From Candidatus Aenigmatarchaeota archaeon (lineage in GTDB: Archaea > Aenigmatarchaeota > Aenigmatarchaeia > PWEA01 > JACQIF01), in NCBI GenBank assembly GCA_016432325.1, contig CP066684.1, positions 352,001 through 416,000 on the forward strand: a DNA stretch of 64,000 bases, in the 5' to 3' direction. The position numbers were made by a program, and so were the translations under genes. This document shows, in pieces, positions 9,382-19,002 of this stretch (the stretch's first letter is position 1; every line of letters starts with the position of its first letter). The notes below the pieces were generated by a model. It did not search any database, was not told the origin of the DNA, and saw only the letters and a program-made list of their open reading frames with translations.

Positions 9382-10240
9382 GCTCGTTCCTTTGTATCTT
9401 GCCCGTCAGGAATTCCCACGTCGCTGTGAAATAGTTCTTGTCAAAGCGCACGATATAGTATCCTGTTATCACTATCATCATCGGGAACGAGCGGAGCCAC
9501 ATCAGTGGCGTCCAGTGCTTGAGCAGGAAGCGGTAACGGTTGCGGTGCGCACTCAACGAAAGACCGGCGCCCCACCGTTTCATCGAGCCGCCGTGCTTGT
9601 GGTACACGCGCGCTTCAGGGCAGTAGTACATCTTGTAACCGGCCTCTTTCAATCTCCACGTCAAATCCGCGTCCTCGTAGTAACCGGGGAAGAAACTCTC
9701 GTCGAAATATCCGAGCTTTTTCAGAACTTCCATGCGGAATATGACTCCTCCTCCTCCGACGTGCTCTATGTACTCGTGCTCGCCGTAAGCGTCCGCAGGC
9801 GCGCCTGCGCCGCGGCGGGCAATCATCGAGCCGTAGGTGAGCTGCGTCCCTATCATGTCAATCTTCGTGCCATCCCAGCTGAGAATTTTGCTCTGCACGA
9901 CCGCCACGTCCTGGTGTTCGTCCAGTTCGCGCACAAGAATCTCCACGTAGTTCGGCATGAGTTTCATGTCGTCGTTCAGGGCGAGAACGTATGGCGTCTT
10001 GGCCGCGCGAAGGGCGGCGTTGATTCCACCCGCAAAGCCGAGGTTCTTGCCGTTCTCGATGAGTACGATCTTCTTTTGCCCGGCGAGCTTGCGCAGTTCT
10101 TCTGTGCTGCCGTCCGTTGAACCGTTGTCTGCGATAATGACATCGAAGTCCCTGTACGTCTGCGTTTCCAACGACTCCATGAGCACCTTGACGTTCTCGA
10201 AGCCGTTCCAGCAGACCAAAGCAACTGAAACCTTGTTCAT
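9371..10240 (-). CDS. GT2 glycosyltransferase (rhamnosyltransferase-like)
   Basis: DNGSTDG, NLGFAGG, LNDD, YYEDADL. Confidence 0.9.
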   Translation of the reverse strand: MNKVSVALVCWNGFENVKVLMESLETQTYRDFDVIIADNGSTDGSTEELRKLAGQKKIVLIENGKNLGFAGGINAALRAAKTPYVLALNDDMKLMPNYVEILVRELDEHQDVAVVQSKILSWDGTKIDMIGTQLTYGSMIARRGAGAPADAYGEHEYIEHVGGGGVIFRMEVLKKLGYFDESFFPGYYEDADLTWRLKEAGYKMYYCPEARVYHKHGGSMKRWGAGLSLSAHRNRYRFLLKHWTPLMWLRSFPMMIVITGYYIVRFDKNYFTATWEFLTGKIQRNELKW

Positions 10241-10247
10241 GGAATTG

Positions 10248-10898
10248 TCACTGCCGCACTTCTTCCTTTCTCTCGAGTAAATAATAGATCTCGTAAGCCA
10301 ACATATTGGACCACAGACGGGCAAAGCGCGCGGCGAAGGGCAGATGCCTCAACGGACCCCTCACGACGTAGTGAGTGCGCACGACGGAAAACTCGGGAGC
10401 GAAATTCTCCCTGACAAATTTCTCTGCCAGAGGCACGTTGAACATGTAGTGGTGACCGAACTGGCTCACTCCTATCGTGGACCTGCCTGCGAGAATGAGG
10501 AGCCTTTGGAAGTAGACGACCTCGTTGGGCAGGCCGACGACGATGTGGCGACGCGCGATTCTCTTGGACTCTTTTATGATGCGCTGCTGCGCGTCGAAGT
10601 TCAGGTGCTCGAGTATCTGGGACAGCACAACAACGTCGTAACTCCTGCCATCCGCAGGAAGCCTCTTCACTTCGTTGAGGTCGCAGTCGATGTCAGGCGT
10701 CGCGTTTCCGTCTCCGGCCCCCTCGGGTTCCCCGCGTTCGCCGGAGTAGACGCGCTTGTTGACGTTCACGTACGTCCGCGGTTTCAGTATGCGCTCCACT
10801 TCAGACTGGCCCCCTCCTATGTCAATGACGCTTTCCGGCTTCTCCTCCGGAAAGAAAGACGAAAATACGTCGCGGAAGACTTCCTCTCTCCATTTCAT
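10248..10898 (-). CDS. Class I SAM-dependent methyltransferase
   Basis: IDIGGG, YDVVVLSQILEHL. Confidence 0.75.
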   Translation of the reverse strand: MKWREEVFRDVFSSFFPEEKPESVIDIGGGQSEVERILKPRTYVNVNKRVYSGERGEPEGAGDGNATPDIDCDLNEVKRLPADGRSYDVVVLSQILEHLNFDAQQRIIKESKRIARRHIVVGLPNEVVYFQRLLILAGRSTIGVSQFGHHYMFNVPLAEKFVRENFAPEFSVVRTHYVVRGPLRHLPFAARFARLWSNMLAYEIYYLLERKEEVRQ

Positions 10899-10910
10899 AC
10901 AGACCTTTGG

Positions 10911-11618
10911 TCAGCCGAGATTATTTAAATGCAGACGGGGGCGAGCCTGCTCAGACACGTCCTTCACGCACACCATCTCAAAGGCGCGTTCCGGGCGGTT
11001 GCGCACGAACAGTTGCGTGACGTCAGATACGACAAGCCAGAAGAGCGACGGCCAGAAACGCAGGCGAGCGCACTCGCCACGCAAAGGTTTCCAACCGTTG
11101 AGGCCTATCACGCGATAGCCGCGCCTGCGCATCTCTGCAACGGTCCACCCGGATTTGTGCTCCTGCCAGGGGTTGCCCTCCTCAGGGCCCTGGGGCAGGA
11201 AGCCTACAGGCGTCTGTATTATCACGCGCTTTTTTGCGAGCTTCTCCATCATCTCTATCAGGCGCACGCCGTCCCTCTTCTTCAGGTGCTCGACGACGGC
11301 CGAAGCGAGCACGCAGTCAAAGGACTTGGGCCCGAACTTCCTGCCTGCCGCGAGGATGTCCATCCTGTAATATTTCTTGTGGATGCGCTTGCGCCTGCTC
11401 TCTTCAATGCTCGGGCCGAAGGCGTCTATGCCGACGGTCTCCATTCTCCCCGAGAACCGTTTTATCGGCGAGTCGTCGCCGCATCCCACGTCAAGAAGGC
11501 TCTTGCAGTCCCCGACAGCCTTTTCAAGCTCGACCGGGTAATTTGGCAGTATCTTCACGTAAACCGCGTCGTACAGGCTCTTGAGCAAACCCATAGCGTT
11601 CCGTTCGTGAAGTTCCAT
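10911..11618 (-). CDS. Class I SAM-dependent methyltransferase (glycan-associated)
   Basis: LLDVGCG, FDCV..VVEHL, NPWQEHKSGW. Confidence 0.8.
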   Translation of the reverse strand: MELHERNAMGLLKSLYDAVYVKILPNYPVELEKAVGDCKSLLDVGCGDDSPIKRFSGRMETVGIDAFGPSIEESRRKRIHKKYYRMDILAAGRKFGPKSFDCVLASAVVEHLKKRDGVRLIEMMEKLAKKRVIIQTPVGFLPQGPEEGNPWQEHKSGWTVAEMRRRGYRVIGLNGWKPLRGECARLRFWPSLFWLVVSDVTQLFVRNRPERAFEMVCVKDVSEQARPRLHLNNLG

Positions 11619-11647
11619 TTAAATGCGTTGCGGGGCAACGTGGAATT

Positions 11648-12382
11648 ATGATGCTGATAACAGGCGCAAGCGGCAAGCTGGGGAAAGAACTGGTCAGGCT
11701 GTTTCCAGAAAGCCTGACGCCGTCCCATTCGGAGTTGCCTATTGAAGACAAGGCCGCGGTGTCGAAATACATTGCTTCCCACAAACCCGACACAACAATA
11801 CACCTGGTCGCCATGACCAGCGTACCGGGCTGCGAGACCGACAAGGAGAAGGCGTGGAAGATAAACGTCGAAGGCACGCGAAACATGGTGGAAGCCCTGA
11901 GATTGCACTCTCCGGGATGCCGTTTTGTACTGATGAGCACGCCGTGCGTATTCGACGGCGACGACGAATCTCCGAAAGACGAGTCGTGCGTACCCTCACC
12001 AGACAACTTCTACGGGTTGACCAAAACCGTTCAGGAGGCCGTCGTCTCCTCAAGCGGCCTGAAGCACCTGATTGTCCGCGCCAATTTCATCCCGTATGAG
12101 AAATATCCGCACGCAAGGGCGTTCATTGACAGAAAGTCGACGTATCTATTCGCCCACAATGTCGCGCGCGGCATACGCGACGTGATGGACGCGGGTCTCA
12201 CAGGCATCGTGCACATAACAGGCGACCGCGTGCTTTCGATGTACGAACTGGCGAAGATGTGCCCGGACTCCGCGGACGTAGAACCGACAACAATGGAAGA
12301 ATATTACAAGACCAACAGCCACAGGCTCACGAAGTCGATGATAATAACAAGTGATAGATGGAATGCCTACAGGATAGGCTAG
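11648..12382 (+). CDS. Second RmlD-like NDP-sugar reductase
   Basis: ITGASGKLG, VPGCE, VFDG, NFYGLTK. Confidence 0.8.
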   Translation: MMLITGASGKLGKELVRLFPESLTPSHSELPIEDKAAVSKYIASHKPDTTIHLVAMTSVPGCETDKEKAWKINVEGTRNMVEALRLHSPGCRFVLMSTPCVFDGDDESPKDESCVPSPDNFYGLTKTVQEAVVSSSGLKHLIVRANFIPYEKYPHARAFIDRKSTYLFAHNVARGIRDVMDAGLTGIVHITGDRVLSMYELAKMCPDSADVEPTTMEEYYKTNSHRLTKSMIITSDRWNAYRIG

Positions 12383-12383
12383 C

Positions 12384-13304
12384 TCATATCTCGCTGGGCA
12401 CGGTTTGCGAGCCGGGCAACCATTCTCCTATCAGTTCCTTTATCCGGGCCTGCGTCAGGCGGTCCGTGTTGTGGCTGCCGTATTCCCAGCGCTTGCCGCC
12501 CTGGTGCTTGGGCGTGACTATGAAGTGCCCGTCCTCTTCCACGGTCTTCGGCATCTCGTCCTCGCTGACCAGGAGTTCGTGGAGCTTTTCTCCGGGACGC
12601 TCTCCTACGACGCGTACGTCTGCAGAGAAGCAGGCCGCAAGGTCCCCGACAGTACAGGCCGGCGATTTCTTGACGAAGACGTGGCCGTTCGGTTCGCTCT
12701 TCATCGCCTTGTCTATGAGGCCAACCGCCTCTTCCAGCTTCATCAGGAAGCGTGTCATGTCCGGATTCGTGATTGTCAGAGGCTTGCCCTGCGCGACGAG
12801 CTTGTGGAACATCGGTATGACGCTGCCGCGCGAGCCGATGACGTTTCCGTAGCGAACGCAATTGAAACCGGCGTTGATGAAGAGCTTTTCCTGCAGGGCC
12901 TTGGAAATGCCGTAAGTGTTCACGGGCTTGACGGCCTTGTCAGTGCTTACGCCAACGACCGGCACGCCGAACTCGTGGCACACGTCCAGCACGTTCTTCG
13001 CGCCGAGGACTTCGGTCTGTATGGCCTGCCACGGATTGGCTTCGCACACCTCTATGCGCTTCATCGCGGCCGCGTGTATGACGAATTCTGGTTTGTGGAC
13101 ACGGAACGCGGAGCGCAGGCTGTACTTGTCGCGGACGTCGCCTATCACGTACGAGAACTCCGGGTACTTGCTGTGCATCTGGGACTGCTTGAACTCGTCG
13201 CGGCTGAAGACTATCATGTCCCACTTGCCCATGTACTGCTCGGCCAGCTGGTGACCGAGACTGCCGCTGCCCCCGGTGATGAGTACGCGCATGTTACCAA
13301 ACAT
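12384..13304 (-). CDS. UDP-GlcNAc 4,6-dehydratase (PseB/CapD-like)
   Basis: ITGGSGSLG, SRDEFKQ, HAAAMK, STDKA..PVNTYG..K, RYGNVIGSRGSV, RPGEKLHE. Confidence 0.9.
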   Translation of the reverse strand: MFGNMRVLITGGSGSLGHQLAEQYMGKWDMIVFSRDEFKQSQMHSKYPEFSYVIGDVRDKYSLRSAFRVHKPEFVIHAAAMKRIEVCEANPWQAIQTEVLGAKNVLDVCHEFGVPVVGVSTDKAVKPVNTYGISKALQEKLFINAGFNCVRYGNVIGSRGSVIPMFHKLVAQGKPLTITNPDMTRFLMKLEEAVGLIDKAMKSEPNGHVFVKKSPACTVGDLAACFSADVRVVGERPGEKLHELLVSEDEMPKTVEEDGHFIVTPKHQGGKRWEYGSHNTDRLTQARIKELIGEWLPGSQTVPSEI

Positions 13305-13409
13305 GTCTCGAATGCAAGATTTAAATAGGGATATTGGTGCCTTGTGGCCCTTTCCCGGAGTGAAGACGCGGACGTCTTCTTTTATAAGCCTTTTCTACAA
13401 ACCCTCTTC

Positions 13410-14516
13410 ATGAAGATAACGTACGTCCTCGAATACTTCCCGCCGCACATAGGAGGCGTCGAAACGCTCTTCGACAACCTGACGCGCGGCGTGGCGCGCT
13501 ACCACGACGTCGACGTCTTCACGATGGCCGTTCCTGGAGCGCCCGCTATCGAACGCACGGGTCGCCGCACAGTGCGTCGCGTGCACGCGCGCTCGCGCCA
13601 TGCGTTCATAACAAAGTTCCCTGCGGCCGCGAAGCTCGTGCGCAACGCGGATATCATACATACCACGACGTTCGTCGCCGCTGGAACTGCGTGGTGGGCG
13701 AACCTCCTCGTCAAAAAGCCTCTCGTGCTTACCTTCCACGAATCGTGGGGCCGGCGCTTCTTCGAAGTGCAGCCTCCGCACAAGGCCGTTGTAAACTACG
13801 TGTTAGAATCGTTGATTAGGAAGCTATACAGGAACTCTGCAATCGTGACGCCGAGCGAATACTCGCGCAACACTCTCATCGGCCACGGTATCCCAGGGCG
13901 CAACATCCGTGTGATATCACACGGAATAGACCACGGGATTTTCAACACGTCCGTACAACCTCTTGCGCGCTTCGATTTCCCCACGTATCTCTTCTTCGGT
14001 CGGGCCGGCATCTCGAAAGGACTGGAGTATCTTCTGGACGCCGTTCCGTTCGTTGTCAAGGCGGTGCCGAACGCGAAGCTGCTTCTCATGGTGAGCCGCG
14101 ACAGGGACTACAGGCGCGTCGCCGGGAAGATACGCGCTCTGGTGTCTGCAGGAATGGCCATAGAGCTCGAGCCGCGCACGTCCGCGCAAGAGGTCGCGTC
14201 CGCGATACGCTCCGCGGACGTGGTCTGCGTTCCCTCGATATCGGAAGGGTTTGGCTTCAGCGCCGTCGAAGCACAGGCGTGCGGCGTTCCTGTCGTTGCA
14301 AGCGATGCAGGAAGTTTGCCCGAGGTCGTGGAAGGCGGCGTGCTCGTAGAACCGCGCAATCCAAAGAAATTGGCACAGGGCATCGTGAGGCTTCTCAAAG
14401 ACGAGTCTCTGCGCAAGCGGCTCGGCGAACGAGGCGCGCGTCACGTGAAGCGTTACACGTGGGAAGCCTGCGTGCGCGAGCATCTGAAACTCTATAAGGA
14501 GGTCGTGAAGGGATGA
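13410..14516 (+). CDS. GT4 glycosyltransferase
   Basis: PPHIGGVE, PSISEGFG...EAQACG; TATA at 13380-13387. Confidence 0.9.
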   Translation: MKITYVLEYFPPHIGGVETLFDNLTRGVARYHDVDVFTMAVPGAPAIERTGRRTVRRVHARSRHAFITKFPAAAKLVRNADIIHTTTFVAAGTAWWANLLVKKPLVLTFHESWGRRFFEVQPPHKAVVNYVLESLIRKLYRNSAIVTPSEYSRNTLIGHGIPGRNIRVISHGIDHGIFNTSVQPLARFDFPTYLFFGRAGISKGLEYLLDAVPFVVKAVPNAKLLLMVSRDRDYRRVAGKIRALVSAGMAIELEPRTSAQEVASAIRSADVVCVPSISEGFGFSAVEAQACGVPVVASDAGSLPEVVEGGVLVEPRNPKKLAQGIVRLLKDESLRKRLGERGARHVKRYTWEACVREHLKLYKEVVKG

Positions 14517-15493
14517 ACGAACGCAAAGTGTCCGTACTTATCGTAGGCAGAAACGAAGAGGCGAATCTTCCAAGGCTTTTCGATTCTCTAAAGAAGCTGA
14601 CCTATCCGAAGAAGAACTACGAAATCGTGTACATAGACGACGCATCTTCGGATAAGAGCGCCGCAATCGCAAAACGCTACGGCGCGCGCATCTTCCGCAC
14701 GCGCGCGCGTCTGGGCCGCGGGGGCATCAGGAACTTCGCTCTGACAAAGGCTCGCTATCCTGTAATCGCATGGATAGACGCGGACTGCGAGGTCGTGGAT
14801 GCAGACTGGATACAGGATATGCTCGTGCACCTCCGCGGCCGCACTGTGGGCGTGTCAGGCCACCAGTTGCGACCGAAAGGCGGGCTGCCGCGCCTGATAT
14901 CGTATCTTCCAGGCATGCTCATCGAGACCGAACGCGTCGGCACCGCGCAATGGGCCCCTACCACGAGCAGCGCGTTTCTCAGGAAGCCCCTGCAAGACAT
15001 AGGAGGCTACAGGAACGACCTCATCACCGCAGAAGACCTCGAAATATGCGCGCGGCTGCGCAAGCGCGGATACACCTTCGTCCACACGCCCCGCGCGCGC
15101 ATTGTGCACCACTTCCGCGCCACGCTTCCCGGCTTCATCAAACAGCAGTACGAACGCGGGGTTTTCGGAGCCGCGCTGAAGAGGAACTCTGAACGCAAGA
15201 CCCTGTTTGACGTCGCCTTTAACGCGAGTTATCTCATCGCGGCTCTGACAACTGTTCTTGGTTTCGCCTATCCGGTCCTTTTCATACCGTCGCTAGTCGC
15301 GCCCGCGCTGTTCTACACCGGACTTGACGGAGTCGGCTTCTTCCCCAGAATCGTGTGGAGATACATGAAAGAGGAGAAGAGTCCTCTGGGAGCCGGCGCG
15401 CTTGTCGCGCTGAACTACATAAAAAACGCCGCGCTCTTCGCCGGCGTGCTCGCATACCAGTTAACCCACGCCGGCCGTGGCGTTGGCAAGTGA
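14513..15493 (+). CDS. GT2 glycosyltransferase
   Basis: IDDASSD, WIDADC, AEDLE, C-terminal TMs. Confidence 0.85.
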   Translation: MNERKVSVLIVGRNEEANLPRLFDSLKKLTYPKKNYEIVYIDDASSDKSAAIAKRYGARIFRTRARLGRGGIRNFALTKARYPVIAWIDADCEVVDADWIQDMLVHLRGRTVGVSGHQLRPKGGLPRLISYLPGMLIETERVGTAQWAPTTSSAFLRKPLQDIGGYRNDLITAEDLEICARLRKRGYTFVHTPRARIVHHFRATLPGFIKQQYERGVFGAALKRNSERKTLFDVAFNASYLIAALTTVLGFAYPVLFIPSLVAPALFYTGLDGVGFFPRIVWRYMKEEKSPLGAGALVALNYIKNAALFAGVLAYQLTHAGRGVGK

Positions 15494-17962
15494 ATCCATC
15501 CGGAGCTCGTATATCTTTATGACGCCGTTGTCGTACACCTGCGTGAAGCGGTCGAACGTGTCTTCGTAGAAGTACATGCGCGTGAGCATCGTATTCTCCA
15601 GCTGCGGCGGTATCCAGACAAGATACGAGTAACCCGGGTGGACCCAGACCGTGCCGGACAGGGTGGCATTGGACTGGGAGCTGAGAGATATGGCAACGGG
15701 CTTCCCGTCCATGTCGACTATCTCTTTCGAAAAGACCGTGGGTTTGCCTCCGATGCCTGCGATGACAACCGGAATCTCCCTGCCGCCCACCTCCTGGAAC
15801 GTTACGTTGATGTTCTGCTCATAGCGATAAACGTTCGGCTGCAACGTCGCGGCGTCGTACTGCACGGACTGGAGATTAAACTGCCCGTAGAGGGTGCAGT
15901 CGCCTCTGCTTGCAGAGGATATGGCGCCGGATGCGTCGCAGCCCGTGCCGAAGAACTGCAGCCACTGGAACTTGCCTATCAGGTCGTCTGACGTAATCCA
16001 GTACATCTCACTCGCGTCTCCGCGGTATTTGAGCAGCGTCTGCGCGGCCGCGTTCTCGTCGGTGGTGGAGAATATGGATCCCAGGTCCACTATCCTTGTA
16101 TTAAGGCCCGGCCTGCAATCGCCTTCCGCACAGTGAGCCCCGTCGGCTATGACGCGCCTGTGGGCAAAACCCGTTATCTGGTGGCCCGGGTCCCACCACG
16201 TTCCCACGACCGCGTCTGCGCTCGTGCTGTCGCGCAGCCATGTGAGAGCGGCTTCCCAGTTGCCGTCGAGCTCTCCGCCTCCTGACATAGATGCAAACTG
16301 GACGCCCCCCGAAACGGCTATCACCGTCGCCACGGCCATCGTAGCAAACATAAGCGCCTTTGGGAACACGTCTGCCGTCTCTCCTTCCTTGAAGCCGCGC
16401 ATCGCATACGCGATGAGGAAAACGATCGCATGCACGGCCACGTTCCATGTGGGGTCCAGGCCGAAACCGAGACGCGCCCACGCGACGAAGTTCAACAGCA
16501 TCGACAAGACAATCGCCGCCAGGATTAGCCAGCGCTTGCGGAAAGACAGAGAGAGCACGGCCATCGACGTGAGCGTCACCAGCATCAGGGCGGCCATGGG
16601 ATTGTAGAACACCATCCACATCGCGGAAAAGAAGACGGCTGCCACAGGAAATGCGTAGCGGCCCAGCTTGATGACGTCCCTGTGCATCTCGGACAGTGCG
16701 ACGCCGGCGGCCACGGCAGCCGCAGGGGCGAACACGAGCATGAAACGAACGCCCTGCGTGATGGACACCAAGCTCAGCGCAGACCACGTCAGTAAAAGGG
16801 AGCCGAGCATCCGTTCCCTCTTCAGCATCAATATCGCGCCTGCCAGCGTCAGCACAACGGAGATCGACAGGTTGGCAAACAGCGGGGCGATGTTGTTGGA
16901 GAATATCGCAGTGTGCTGCAGTTCCGCGACTGAGATGTTGACTATCAGAACGCTCGTTGGGTCCTGGGAAAACTTGAACAGGAATTCGAACTGCTGCCAC
17001 GCGGAGTAGCCGAGCAGCTGGGCCGCCGTAAGGCCGATAGCCATCGCCACAGCGAGCGGAGAGGCTTTCTCCACCAGCGCCTGGAAGTTCTTGGGGTTTA
17101 CGTGCCTGACCACGACCAAGAAGGCACCTGCTCCGAGCGCGATGGCGACGAAAAGACCGACAACGCCCAGCGCCGCCGTTGCGGGAACGAGCCAGAAGAG
17201 CGTTGCGGCCCCGATGAATGCCCCGCCAGCCGCAAGGGCTCCCAGAGAGGCCCACCGCCCGTGCGCGGCCTCTTCGAGCAAAGCGTACAAAAAGACAGAC
17301 GCGATGGCTATGAACGGGACGTATACGCCGGGTCCCCACGCGAGCGCGAAGAGCATCATTCCGATTGCCGCTATCAGGACTTCAGACCATGCGACGCGGC
17401 CGCGTTCGAGCAGGCCTTTCAACGTCGCCCGCTTGAGCACCCGGACAAACAGGTACATCGTGAATATTGAAAAGAAGATGACGACCGTGTCGGTATCGTA
17501 GAAGCCGGCCATCGTACGTGACAGAATCGCAGGACTTATCCCCACGAAAAGCGCCGACAGCACGCCTGCGTTCTTGCCTGAAAGTTCCCGGCCGAGGAAA
17601 TACGCCGGGACGACAGCAATCGCCCCGTAGAACGCCGTGAGATATTTGACGAACGCGAAGAGGTCGACAGAAGGCGCGAAGACCGCAAACAGCTTGTAGA
17701 GGTACGCGGACACGTAGTACATGAGAGGCGGCGCGTTCGTCGGACGCCCGGGCGGATAGTACGAGAGTCCGTCCCAGTCGGGCAGCACGCCGTGCTCGAC
17801 TATGTCTTCCGTGTACCTGTAGTGGAAAAACGGGTCGAAGGCCTGTATATATTTCATGTCCGCTGTCGCGAGACGAACCTGGAACGAGAGCAGGAGTATC
17901 AGAACCAGCAGCCCGGCCTTCCAGTGGTTGCGAACGAACGCCTCGGCTTTCTTCAATTCCAC
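15461..17962 (-). CDS. aglB: Oligosaccharyltransferase AglB (STT3 family)
   Basis: FDPFFH, GFYDTD, SVAEL, RF, WWDPGH, DLIGK; many TM helices. Confidence 0.92.
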   Translation of the reverse strand: MELKKAEAFVRNHWKAGLLVLILLLSFQVRLATADMKYIQAFDPFFHYRYTEDIVEHGVLPDWDGLSYYPPGRPTNAPPLMYYVSAYLYKLFAVFAPSVDLFAFVKYLTAFYGAIAVVPAYFLGRELSGKNAGVLSALFVGISPAILSRTMAGFYDTDTVVIFFSIFTMYLFVRVLKRATLKGLLERGRVAWSEVLIAAIGMMLFALAWGPGVYVPFIAIASVFLYALLEEAAHGRWASLGALAAGGAFIGAATLFWLVPATAALGVVGLFVAIALGAGAFLVVVRHVNPKNFQALVEKASPLAVAMAIGLTAAQLLGYSAWQQFEFLFKFSQDPTSVLIVNISVAELQHTAIFSNNIAPLFANLSISVVLTLAGAILMLKRERMLGSLLLTWSALSLVSITQGVRFMLVFAPAAAVAAGVALSEMHRDVIKLGRYAFPVAAVFFSAMWMVFYNPMAALMLVTLTSMAVLSLSFRKRWLILAAIVLSMLLNFVAWARLGFGLDPTWNVAVHAIVFLIAYAMRGFKEGETADVFPKALMFATMAVATVIAVSGGVQFASMSGGGELDGNWEAALTWLRDSTSADAVVGTWWDPGHQITGFAHRRVIADGAHCAEGDCRPGLNTRIVDLGSIFSTTDENAAAQTLLKYRGDASEMYWITSDDLIGKFQWLQFFGTGCDASGAISSASRGDCTLYGQFNLQSVQYDAATLQPNVYRYEQNINVTFQEVGGREIPVVIAGIGGKPTVFSKEIVDMDGKPVAISLSSQSNATLSGTVWVHPGYSYLVWIPPQLENTMLTRMYFYEDTFDRFTQVYDNGVIKIYELRMDSLANATAGVG

Positions 17963-18025
17963 CCGTTCACCACCGCTTTGTGCACATCCGCAGGATTTAA
18001 ATGGTTACTGCCCCCAAGGGCGGTA

Positions 18026-18071
18026 TTTGCGAACCCTCGGTTCGCAAACTTACGAACCGCTGTTCGTAAGA
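18026..18071. repeat. Double-hairpin palindromic element (copy 1)
   Basis: TTTGCGAACC-CTC-GGTTCGCAAA followed by CTTACGAAC-CGCT-GTTCGTAAG. Confidence 0.7.
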
Positions 18072-18239
18072 ACTTTAAAACGGCGCACGGTTTTAAATAT
18101 CCGATATGCGATAATACAGCAGGGCACTGGCATGAGACCCATTCTCCATCTCGACGAGGACACTGGTCCAGAGGACTATCCTGACGGAGTAGACCCAGAA
18201 CCGCAGCCCGACGAAAACGTATGATACGGTGGACACCAG

Positions 18240-18401
18240 ATGCTTGACAAAGACTACGTCGAAGTGGTTCTCAAATATCCCATGAAGATGGAACGGAAAC
18301 TCCTCACACAGATAATGGAATATTCGGACTTCGTCGTGGTGCAGGAGCGCTACTCATGGTATTCGGGGAGGAAGGATATCCAATCCGAATGGCTTACCTG
18401 A
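18240..18401 (+). CDS. Small hypothetical protein (53 aa)
   Basis: Manual ORF MLDKDYVEVVLKYPMKMERK...EWLT, GGTG upstream. Confidence 0.4.
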   Translation: MLDKDYVEVVLKYPMKMERKLLTQIMEYSDFVVVQERYSWYSGRKDIQSEWLT

Positions 18402-18518
18402 ATGCCGCACAAATAACGCTTATAAATAGCTTACTTCTACACCTACAATTCCGGCGAGACGCATGATAATCCTGTAACCGTCGGTTCCGGATTATCACGA
18501 GTATATTGGTGAAGTTCG

Positions 18519-18812
18519 ATGATAATACCCAAAACGATGCACCGCTACTGCGAGAAGTGCAAGAAGCACACCGAGCAGAAGGTCAGGCGCGAGAAGGTGG
18601 GCGCCACGAAGAGGCGCACGATGGCCGGCGGCCAGCGACGCTATCTGAGACTCATGAAAGGCTATGGAGGCTTCCCGCGCCCGGATCCGAAAGGCCGCGA
18701 AAAGCCGACTCGCAAAGTGGACATCCGCTACGCATGCCTGGTCTGCAAGAAAGAGCACATCATAGGACAGGGCTTCCGCGCCAAGAAATACGAGATAGGA
18801 AAGGGTGAATAA
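18519..18812 (+). CDS. rpl44e: 50S ribosomal protein L44e (eL42)
   Basis: YCEKCKKHT...KGYGG..RP...KPTRK..CLVCKK. Confidence 0.95.
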   Translation: MIIPKTMHRYCEKCKKHTEQKVRREKVGATKRRTMAGGQRRYLRLMKGYGGFPRPDPKGREKPTRKVDIRYACLVCKKEHIIGQGFRAKKYEIGKGE

Positions 18813-19002
18813 TATTCCAATACAACAGCGCGTCACGAGTTCAAAGTTCGTGGAAGTCGAGTGCCAGAAATGCAAGAACGAGCAGGTCGTCTTTTCGAAG
18901 CCGTCCGCTGACATAAAGTGCCTTGTTTGCGGAGAAGTCCTTGCCAAAGCGACGGGCGGCATCGCCGACTTCCAAGCCAAGATAAAGAGTCTTCTGGATT
19001 AG
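18805..19002 (+). CDS. rps27e: 30S ribosomal protein S27e
   Basis: SKFVEVECQKCKNEQVVF...CLVCG..LAKATGG. Confidence 0.95.
   Translation: MNNIPIQQRVTSSKFVEVECQKCKNEQVVFSKPSADIKCLVCGEVLAKATGGIADFQAKIKSLLD

Noticed and set aside
18030-18066. CGAAC-N4-GTTCG read as a Firmicutes-type LexA box
   Set aside because: Archaeal context, spacer varies between copies, and the arms extend into longer covarying stems; better explained as the hairpin element.
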